Source: an uncultured virus (IMG/VR IMGVR_UViG_3300032299_001035) (lineage: Duplodnaviria; Heunggongvirae; Uroviricota; Caudoviricetes). From it: a DNA stretch of 56,170 nt. Of this stretch, positions 52,001 to 56,170 are shown piece by piece (positions within the stretch are counted from its first letter, which is position 1; each line of letters begins with the position of its first letter). Where the stretch lies: IMG/VR virus record IMGVR_UViG_3300032299_001035, one strand, 5' to 3'. The notes below the pieces were generated by a model. It worked only from the letters and a program-made list of their open reading frames with translations. It did no database searches and had not been told where the DNA came from. The position numbers and the translations under genes are program-made.

Positions 52001-52189
52001 TTATCAGAAATAACTGATGAATTGTTAAAAGATATAGGATATACACCAGTACAAAAAACAAGTTTATTAAGTTCTGTGTATTCTCAAATAAAAACTAATT
52101 CCGGTAAAAATATAAAAGATATGATTACTGAATCAGAATGGAATAAATTATCATTAGAAGAAAAAAATAAAATAAAAAAATGTAATTAA
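37070..52189 (+). CDS. Giant virion-packaged DNA-dependent RNA polymerase polyprotein (crAss/phi14:2 gp66-type double-psi beta-barrel RNAP)
   Basis: 5039 aa. Catalytic GSDFDIDK (DFDID at 48659-48673) is preceded by RIPTQ (48542). Upstream DGQGW, LKHS and ESGEKVG motifs, a zincin-like domain near 43946, and N-terminal hydrophobic helices. Confidence 0.9.
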   Translation: MIDNTKFATLPISGDIPDISENKEFNLPDNNLPASPYLNTPIYVPSSKPQYTSVGLSSDEISNSLLLGKQRLSQDPFIKAQRTEVPEVAGYDLIKESPNFQKIGVFPGLDVEETYGTAESGWEKLSKGIFGGGELAIRQFTDQLFSWDDTINIFAGNSPFKQAELDAENEWQNNFNRKYHIFQTQEDRNTFFNMSNLANTIQTSGYGIGAVLEMAAEEFALSALTAATFGATSEIQAARTIQLGFKLGKVIKNTRNLEKSLQGTNTLRKIFNSSVAKFINPIDNLTDFASTIGVAARADRRVYGATTGALRTTARGFGAFYRDLRMLNAGITEAKATVAPTMNEAYEMAVEEYRKINNVEPSEDIKNNLKQKAFEAVQVEGAVQATWIALSDRISFGGVLNKFKGLRFLDDGLVAKGIFTNTKSAIKEGGDLFVAKKGIPAFVHQLKVSPVKTLIKAPIVYTKSNIMEGVQESGQDVIDSATKQWYMYKYGSDEQRKSQKNMNDFLYAGAKEQLTMDGLKTFMSGFLTGGIMNVLGKGINLSGSLYEKTVNKDGYKSSVERADAERNKLVGTLNSSTNNKTNFYRSLVELNSAMNESAKNGRKKEYWDNKNDFINNYVLSIVKSGVEDVVIDRMRESVNDLTVDEFKQAYAGSIHEGLSEEKSKDTMRDLLNTFETKVKEVKETYEDIKNNYGNPYNPKQFKIGTPEYAAEVANFMAAEEAINQMAFSKSTYIDIAKRQQGILKNIKGYVPNLNFNTLYSLTSPSIALKKELDILQKEYESTSDETLKTEKKQKIDLLTKYKENVEKTSKEIEEISSSFDKTLSETENKKIIFDKINEIKTEFSKENAEAINEILKLENKDSESAITTDAVNKTVGDIFDYLQLQSDFEDSLSYFNTIANPNSFQSLHEAHLAEQLEMMGDISLYQQAGKDYLEKNPNNTKHFVLYIKKKHVLYSPKGEYISKHDTKEDAEAIAEQYDEMFDENANRITITVTDLNGEERNVEIIENNFYLTEENQNVKETKAEGLTEDEKKSEEEIISNENLDTLEQKPTTLVKTEKDLILDRKNKELESITEIERFGGVKGALSKVIVPEKYQYYNINEKGESERQFVSTKEKAIEIINKKYNELLKELKEEPVATTSIKSSTKFKKTTSKEKKSKFKRDVIKIISIEEDVISYQVNYQPEIQKKSAEEFGKEFGYLINFKTISAYERFFYTNRNKNFKIKVNKKYSKPHKLDDNDYSNVSYTVDAVLVGEYNDKGEFKLSMKYKNPNPKSKLKIVKVPFNIKYYEKYALKRQPAGYGLLIDSLNKDILYEEAESQKAQDLEDQESALGILIKRVENKLQETEAKREANTKRLEDLRAELELLQEDLATAEEYLKNNPYKGKGNKSTAYKTMMEKLNTFPEIIQSVEAAILDLTEELDSLTEIYDASVLARDNYYSALDEIEKTKERFQQDVNGNIYTEEESNLTEFRSKLITQRYNKEQVDNFILNTEIEIEELKDIISNFENIANKYKEIWARLSQNLDVIDILNNDDNKQRLAIYLKNIERSSGEDEKTVKFIKALRKSIVNNTTYIDTVKEISLAFKNAKEAFDKIETELFPKLQRLQQASEQLTEFSKLNERVEFLKFIQDELFDEVNYIQERRRIEIESTSAMKAEIAKLNPNANIVEIVNGDDLFVDEDGFKRPLLSLTALYLTTGKHYLDDNVTINMESGNPRFFKFTENINVETGNYFLMPITKDNDTYGITVDKNDIKVIVVKHENNEYLPVDISGQVIENPNADNIVYTSLRMNNDALFGSLEAATEWVKSKFTTKGLTTEQISNMIYKYRDFVTNIRNTISSDGEIFLPIARKTVGAQVMLPIGVNGLPQELTLEGRLIEERTPDYGNLRHPNGQAIELKVATDSSDGIKPGRLYMKREDGQIFRVFNRQLNEDEKDNFINLLKYLSKLTQKEKVEKLNNIEQTNKETILKYFKGLVFWTTEDNPSESDNRFYINEKGILYRGRTAYDLNESIIEENKEDIVSGLRHQVNNSMLTESNTPFYAMSTDNEGNPIIDEKYSNYTEYLFKNSEPVVYTNVPRYDETDVTTPQVKNVNLVYINADDQFTPIVNFKNQETLTLPGLGKTKLKVQLANTNSSNTVASTAPQTEKKSGKLLVQFATPETKEAPAAKPATLTVQPASVGSKLEAIQQQNILPQNIVPEEPVQQFTEKEKNEAAKAFGNGIGSSVFFGKKPNIEYRLQLDKNVTQIEDFDKVVEWFASRLPNIKVEKVYELIDGKAWGAFKNSVVYIYENAEIGTAFHEAFEAVWNGYLTTQEQNELAEEFRNREGNFTNPFTKETKNYSEASDYDVKEMLAEEFRSYILEENNDIKSKQKTTFGKIKDFFKNLWNTIKKYIGISKNDKIEGDSLINNLFNKINKGNYSNVRFARTVEEMGTSYREAIKDTTQEFTTQFIDGLSSYFFINLNNPNLIKDDKGNFIKLNIESLLTEDTNNNKILKKLFEESMSNVYYDIYENGSVFFDNYFMPSYYKYKKSIGRELTEEEIEEIKNQAYNLFSTKNKYAKMLENAFQNPTIVYNILKSSLTKFGLQFVETEEIDSENENEDAPNEIDVVDTSGIKDTVFIDPRRLTATSFRILVGSLTNDVYDSANNIIFKRNSLNLPELVDYDYTLNMLINELNGTYSRIKEENGEVIFHDALKLMFNKLDKKYYNEVSKQYKPGFVWIKKLKSRLNYAGQTENYFTKQVLDLNDIKLLVGFEKSLMNKKNNPLTLVLDEDGSIYSTNALESTNEKRIREEWQNELPRNLKPIGEKSENNNQLLGIDNDGNIVFDTKSSIYKTFVKLKNNNDKNIMLDTALSYLKEMGIVFTGVKFDNNNNVISSIPPALTNKKNKIIKAFIYIKNSIINDGITNISDLFSVSGNESTNVKNLINIEKEMRFESSILTHLTASGQTQFSITLPASINYILSSLNESETLEDFVLSNPQFGTVGMKDGKKVISLFSYQKNSELLKPGGLIFDLDGNKKNNIDFNLISGITSMETNGEDTANLTYPDRIMQEINYIINADKEGLKPIYFTLINADKSSEFGLTFPKPFIDVITSKFGIDSSNFKDVLNIYLNHLSDEIDAAIVEEKLKTNIQYYSENVKYLGHFKDVLRFKTDKELKESGANKSALQKRYEKVLSGQISKEEFLADSIIVDLIKNDLRSTVDFTIDALLDLGIIEKIDDNKFITTSINKQILKDHFNIDWENMTLDDVKALVTYITINKELAITEQHKLLYGHPALYKDLAKRANGINSSKDGIVDNPHIISKLDKVTPRFDEKIRSSEKIQTFKNISFKDVTAVSNVYKEIAEGLYQSIILDEINKKDTEIRIGANFNEDGTFKNFILDKKGKFTGEIKAYVELNEADGQGWIMPDMYRDMLFLSSKLTDKQIQQIDYEIAYEIKARSSKPNTDPAFREFKKGKYTLKWAQSILDKGNPGVSLPVIKPQYFGYAVNTAMMQTVFLKHSVQPKFYRSVEGTQYEKLYLAAQKNQIDVVGFESGEKVGALVDPKTGTFTSIVKEDGNINVELKNKSWDLPAGLPVQSLYTKYYGIQSEQPAVYKNKVVRGTQVTKLIMSNFKVNGNFINAKSEKLINEYNKTIDEITKKGKAELLVEFGITINDKGEYVIEDYRNLVDLLRKELTKRDLPSNLIDALNVNTETNGLMYKFDTLTNRNKIDEILNSIVNSRVISPKMFGKPSVQVASTGYNSTNRRMMYLKDGAYVEQKTDDVLTEDELKTLIPTSSDLKFYKIENGKISKMEVYIPWPFEEVSPEDLGIKLVNGIYKIPDTMDKRLLNMIGFRIPTQGMNSIENIVIKGFLPRENGDMVVVPTEIVGKAGSDFDIDKMNLYMSNYKVKYSKFTNEEIIEFKKTDFYKKISDKSKAMIVKLGNEKFLELIEDLNNFSVTKNTGKYGNLKEYLDNNNITGAENKMYTELKKSLVQYNAYRREIIKNNKDNKKQFKPIVEELIYVESNEDNMKSLQNKLKEIMDELISQPENYRQLIMPNSTATLKSLADEINDLKQKGSSEKSMLLLRKFVPSAETRERYLTGKRLVGIAALQSTSHVMSQISDIMLSGNYDISKVEFLVKYDPTYEKNEDGYYEKTVTINLSYNDKEIGKFYLNAKTDAEGRWISENISEALSGFVDAAKDPFIFDLNINFNTAGTWFYLQKLGVPMKEIAYLFNQPSVDKYMQLESKNKSIFKTVNGDNITRELIYINALSEYLGIINPKNISTIEQINTLSKTVEKDDIDTFSLIKSLKKDILNQIINVRSETNKPSTEKLKELITNLNDPKYKTTVEDAKLQIALLSDYVEYDDQASNLTTFIGTIGYDNKKTKTIIENQNQKISWDKMVNTGFIANPESILKNTFIGEMKSQKEDLFSVFKDMFISLEPKAAPVFQKLYDFLENRKIFLNAEKKSLLINKYQNFFIAYVIQNTNVKINNIETNISSMFNELMMSGNSIANQLQNLKNSPDFNISQNLAVKELIPIFSNNVSDQNNIKLFRNKMTTYKNDVLIESINNLLNYAQASGNTELENFINNLTAFSILQSGLQDSTINFTKILPAHLYSKFINDILNVYLNNESEIDAELVWQQFHQNNKNNRDIVKKPKFKKIDKTTGNILLDVEFGDSEYEFISSSIPKKGLTKDKIDSLIENEKGATAFDYYVYKRIGYKTQIVNKVEKEYAVYMPMIPVGDGRNYTETSKYNITKSNLKKNNIVSEEGRKIGSVYEESGAPVTTSKFIVPNVITEGGVVLTPNDIAKINAVQKQMDQGMLTPSQAAVAPNLKVVMLNQTADKSNKGFKLSIDKKGKDQGKADLANAIVGYGVVGSSSYKYVADAIKQNIPANGKIKLNSSVIAFVTVNGNNKASEESIEKTYLKAKSIIDKGGTVIMDSTEDANRTYNKSGEALVQEKLGKPTGQTSKGYNYWGKNPEIESIAKEPVLEKEKTLTLQDGNTYALSEITDELLKDIGYTPVQKTSLLSSVYSQIKTNSGKNIKDMITESEWNKLSLEEKNKIKKCN

Positions 52190-52190
52190 T

Positions 52191-55100
52191 ATGGCACATT
52201 GTGTAAATAGATCTCATCCAGATTTTTTAAAATTAGCTGATATAACTAATATTAATCCTATAATTCTTGCTGCAAAAGTTTCTTTGTGGCAAGAAAATAA
52301 TGGATTAGATAAATTTCCTACAGTTCAAGAATTAAATATTAGTAAAGATGAAATGGTAAAACTTTCAAATTTTACTATTCAAAACAATGGAACTTTTTTA
52401 AATCTATCTGAAGAAAAAAAGAAAGAAATATTTGAAAATTATGTTAATTTAATGGATAGAAAAAGAGAAGGTAAGTCCATTGATTTTGATAAGTTTAATC
52501 AAATGTTTGAAAATCTTCAAGTGTTTAGCTACAAAGATACTTACATATTTGGAGAATGGGATGGTAAAAACAATGTGTTTAAAGGAAGACTTATGTCTTC
52601 TCCAGGAATTAAAGAATTATATGGAGCTTTAGATGTATTATTTAAAAATGTAAATTTTGTTGCATCTGTACCTTCAGATATAGGTGCTATGTTAGAAAAG
52701 AAAGGTCTTTATAAATTAAATGTAGGTAAAGAATATAATTTTAGAGGTGAAGAAATGATTAAAAATCTTTATTTTTCTAATAAAGATTTGGTTGAAAAAA
52801 TATTTAAAACATCACCAGAAAATGTTACTGCAGAACAAATTAAAAAATATGATACTTTTTTTAATTATTGGAGTTTAATTTTTAATTTAAAAAAAGAATA
52901 TGAAAATAAAAACTTTAATAATATTTTACCTTTATTAAAAGAACTTGGTATTTATGATTTTAATGCTTATAAATTAGTTAAAAAAATAAAATTAGGAAAA
53001 ATTACTAATGATGATGCTGAATCAATTGTAAAAGAAATTATTAAAAATTCATCTAATAATAAAGTAAATATTGATAAAACAGATTTAATTAATAATCCAA
53101 AAATATATAATGAATTAAATAATAATTTAAATAAAACACTTGCTACATATCTTTCTAAATTTGGAATAAAAACTGAAACATTAGAAGATATGCAAAATGA
53201 ACTTGGAATAGATAGTTTTGCACATGTTGATATTTTAAATAAAATAATATATGTAGATAAAAATAATCAAGAAAATTATCCTCAACAAACAGGTAAGTTA
53301 ATTGCATTTATGATGCAACACAATCCTCTTATGCAAGAAGTAACTTCTAAAATGAAGAAACTTTCTATATTTAATAAATTATCTAATGAAGAATTATTTG
53401 AAGCTGTTGGTGATTTAATTTCAGAACAATTATATAAAAAAACAAATACAGAATTACCAAAAGATTTATTAGAATCACTTAAAAATTTAATAAGACAATT
53501 TTTTAATTATTTAAATAATATTCAAATAGCAAGAATTAATAAAAATATTGGGTTTATTGCTGATAATATATTAATTCAAAATCAATCATTAATAACACAA
53601 TCTGTTTACAAACCTGGTTCTCCAGGTAAAGAAGTTTCTAAAATATCATTAGAAGAAGTTTTAAAATCTGATGAGTTTGGAAACCGTATTGTTGAAGATA
53701 TGGCAAAATATTTTATACTTACAGGAAGTATAACTTTGTCAGAACAAGGTACTGTATATAGACCAAATGAAAATCAAATACATGATTTAGATTGGGTAAG
53801 TTCTTTACCAAGAGATAAAAGTATTAAAATATTTAATAAATTATATCCAAACAATAAATTTATTAGAAATATTTTTAATAAAGATTATCAAACAGACACT
53901 TGGTTAATAGCTCCAGAAGGTTATGATATTAAAAATTTAAAAATAGATAATTCAAAAGGAACTAATAAAATTATTGGTTATGATATAGTAGATTTAAATA
54001 ATGATATTGTAAGTAGTTATATACCTTTAACAGATTCTCATACAGGAAAAATTGAAGCTAAATTAATTGATATATTTACTTATGATAATGTTACAGAAGA
54101 ACGTACTGCAAATAAAGAAATTACATTAGAATCAGGAACAAAATTAAAAATAGCTGATTGGAGAAATACTTTTTCTGCTAAATTAGAATTTGGTAGATTA
54201 AAAGATATATGGGATTATAATAGATTTATACCTAATGATAATATTTTTAAAGAAGAAATAAATGAAAATATTCCTGTTAAACCAGGGGTAGAAGAATTGT
54301 TTGATTCTAATCCTGAATTAGCTAATGAAATATATGAAGCTTTAGGATTTGGTAATTTTGATAAAACTTATAATTATAAAAATGAAATAGCAAATAAATT
54401 TGATGCTGATGTAGAAACTATTGTTAATGGTATGCGTAATGTATCTATTGCTGATGATCAAGATTATGATATTAATTTAGAATTAAAATTAGCTAAAGAA
54501 AATGGTATAAAATATTTAAAATATTCAGAATTTTTTCCTCCAGCAAATAAAAATGTAAATCAATATATATTTTATAATGATAAAGGTAAAGCTCAAGCAG
54601 AAGAAATTTATAAATTAAAAAATATTAAAAACCCTAATGAATATCAACGTCAATTAGGATATTTATTACAATATGATTTAAATGATATTAGTAAATTTAC
54701 AAAAGAACCTGTAAATAAAATAAACAGATTAATAACTCCAGAACAAAAACAACAAGCTTTACAATTATACTCTCAATATTTAGATAGTATATTTTCTGAT
54801 AGTAAAGTAAAAGATATTGTTTATCATAGAAGTAATCAGAAGTTTGAAAAATTTGATAATAGTAAACTAAATCAATTAACAGGAGGGTTTTTTGACTTTG
54901 CAAAAGAAAGTGGTCTTGAAAATTATGGAAAAAATTTATATTCTGTATTATTAAATATAAAAAAATTAGGCGCAGGATTTCTATTAAAAAATGGGGAAGA
55001 TGGATTACAATCAACAGAAATGATATTTAATGGTAAAGATATTTATTCTGTACCTGATGCAAGTCAAATACATATATTAGGTAATGAACAAGATATAGAA

Positions 55101-56170
55101 GGATTTAAAAATTTTGTTAGTGATAAACAACAAAAAAATATAACACCAATAGGTGAAAATGATAACTTACAATATCAATTTAAACTTGTAGATAAAATAT
55201 ATGATAATTTAGAAAAAGTAAATAAATTATGGAAACAAATAGGAAATAATAATACTTTTTGGAATAAAATTCAACAAGATTTACAAATACCTAAAGAACA
55301 AATTGAATTATTAAAAGAATCAGAAGGTGATACTATTGAAGAAAAGTTAACATTATTTGCTGCTAGTTATAGTTTTACTGTTGAAATTAATACTGCTAAA
55401 GTAGCAAAAGGAAGTATTGATGAAGGTTTTGAAAGAATTGATGGTAGAGAAGAAGGGCAAAATACTGCAACTTATTCTAATCTAACAGTTCCAGGTGGTA
55501 CTAATTATACAGAAAATGAAATAGCTACACCAGAAGTTATTCCAAGTATTAAAGGTCATGCTCAATTTGCTACAGATAAAGGTATTGGATGGTTTAGGAG
55601 TGATGATAAAGAAATATTTCATACATGGGCTGAAAGTTCTTTTGAATTTAATAGTTATAAAAAACAAGGCTTTATTTCTGATAAAAATGAATATAAAGGT
55701 ACTCCTGTAAGATTTATAAAACCTAATGAAGCTAAAACCCGTAGAGTATTAGAAGTACAATCTGATTTATTTCAGAAGGGTAGAGATAAAGAAGATTTAG
55801 TAGGTTTACCAAATCAAGATTCTAAAAAATTAGTATTAGAATCTGAAAAATTAATGAAAGATTATGAAATTGGAAAAATTACTATTGAAGAATATAAACA
55901 AAAAACACAAAAATTAGTTGATGCTGCTCCAAAAAAGAATGTTTTTAAAAATAATTTTTTACAACTTTTAAATAAAGACAATAATTGGGTAACATTTTTT
56001 GTTAAATCTATTATACAAGATAGTGCTAAAAAAGGATATGAAAAAGTATTATTTCCTTCTGGTAATACAGCTAGTAAAGTGGAAGGTCATACTACTTTAG
56101 AAGAATTTAAAAAACAAAAAGAAAATAGGATTGCTAAACTTGAAGAAGATTTAAATTATATTGATCAAGA
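52191..56170 (+). CDS. 3'-truncated polyvalent virion protein (>1326 aa): inactive zincin-like, nucleotidyltransferase, ART-like and EVQSD domains
   Basis: ATG at 52191, 2 nt after the RNAP stop. By manual translation (MAHCVNRSHPDF...) the frame stays open to the window end; the ORF track omits it, presumably because it has no stop. Motifs: LTGS..HDLD..IDIF..RLKDIWDY, DIVYH..QIHILG, LEVQSDLFQKG. Confidence 0.85.
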   Translation, partial: MAHCVNRSHPDFLKLADITNINPIILAAKVSLWQENNGLDKFPTVQELNISKDEMVKLSNFTIQNNGTFLNLSEEKKKEIFENYVNLMDRKREGKSIDFDKFNQMFENLQVFSYKDTYIFGEWDGKNNVFKGRLMSSPGIKELYGALDVLFKNVNFVASVPSDIGAMLEKKGLYKLNVGKEYNFRGEEMIKNLYFSNKDLVEKIFKTSPENVTAEQIKKYDTFFNYWSLIFNLKKEYENKNFNNILPLLKELGIYDFNAYKLVKKIKLGKITNDDAESIVKEIIKNSSNNKVNIDKTDLINNPKIYNELNNNLNKTLATYLSKFGIKTETLEDMQNELGIDSFAHVDILNKIIYVDKNNQENYPQQTGKLIAFMMQHNPLMQEVTSKMKKLSIFNKLSNEELFEAVGDLISEQLYKKTNTELPKDLLESLKNLIRQFFNYLNNIQIARINKNIGFIADNILIQNQSLITQSVYKPGSPGKEVSKISLEEVLKSDEFGNRIVEDMAKYFILTGSITLSEQGTVYRPNENQIHDLDWVSSLPRDKSIKIFNKLYPNNKFIRNIFNKDYQTDTWLIAPEGYDIKNLKIDNSKGTNKIIGYDIVDLNNDIVSSYIPLTDSHTGKIEAKLIDIFTYDNVTEERTANKEITLESGTKLKIADWRNTFSAKLEFGRLKDIWDYNRFIPNDNIFKEEINENIPVKPGVEELFDSNPELANEIYEALGFGNFDKTYNYKNEIANKFDADVETIVNGMRNVSIADDQDYDINLELKLAKENGIKYLKYSEFFPPANKNVNQYIFYNDKGKAQAEEIYKLKNIKNPNEYQRQLGYLLQYDLNDISKFTKEPVNKINRLITPEQKQQALQLYSQYLDSIFSDSKVKDIVYHRSNQKFEKFDNSKLNQLTGGFFDFAKESGLENYGKNLYSVLLNIKKLGAGFLLKNGEDGLQSTEMIFNGKDIYSVPDASQIHILGNEQDIEGFKNFVSDKQQKNITPIGENDNLQYQFKLVDKIYDNLEKVNKLWKQIGNNNTFWNKIQQDLQIPKEQIELLKESEGDTIEEKLTLFAASYSFTVEINTAKVAKGSIDEGFERIDGREEGQNTATYSNLTVPGGTNYTENEIATPEVIPSIKGHAQFATDKGIGWFRSDDKEIFHTWAESSFEFNSYKKQGFISDKNEYKGTPVRFIKPNEAKTRRVLEVQSDLFQKGRDKEDLVGLPNQDSKKLVLESEKLMKDYEIGKITIEEYKQKTQKLVDAAPKKNVFKNNFLQLLNKDNNWVTFFVKSIIQDSAKKGYEKVLFPSGNTASKVEGHTTLEEFKKQKENRIAKLEEDLNYIDQ

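Noticed and set aside
37070..52189. Intein or intron in the RNAP
   Set aside because: The frame is uninterrupted, and I saw no intein C/S...HN-C/S/T junction pair or LAGLIDADG/HNH motif; size alone is not evidence.
741..55667. All short minus-strand ORFs and short alternative-frame plus-strand ORFs in the track (e.g. 741-959, 9842-10048, 18937-19134, 27288-27632, 43387-43626, 54697-55014)
   Set aside because: They lie wholly or largely within long, motif-bearing + strand genes and have the Ile/Phe/Leu-rich composition of shadow frames in AT-rich DNA.
52190..56170. Apparent 4-kb non-coding region at the window end
   Set aside because: It is a continuous + strand ORF with no stop inside the window.

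Overview
Very AT-rich, gene-dense segment of a crAss-like (Crassvirales-related) Bacteroidota podovirus. All credible genes are on the + strand and read in the standard bacterial code. It covers the late/virion module in this order: a 5'-truncated capsid-associated protein; Cys-rich head/tail accessory proteins; tail fibre/spike and FN3 proteins; a calcineurin-like phosphoesterase; an IHF/HU-like protein; two tail ring proteins; a small HExxH zincin; a 1906-aa tail stabilisation/muzzle protein; four modular cargo proteins; a 1053-aa ejection-type protein; a 5039-aa virion RNA polymerase with the DFDID motif; and a 3'-truncated (>1326 aa) polyvalent protein that the ORF track missed. The most striking feature is that the four cargo proteins (21.3-33.8 kb) are strings of small unrelated domains separated by about 25 copies of a [YFMW/K]-x-x-G-G motif. 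The domains include a Zn ribbon, GNAT-like, GH73 glucosaminidase, DUF3597, an apparently permuted M15-like peptidase, lysozyme-like and basic viral mini-domains. This suggests a di-glycine-punctuated polyprotein processing or packaging system. All family assignments come from recognising motifs by eye; no searches were run.
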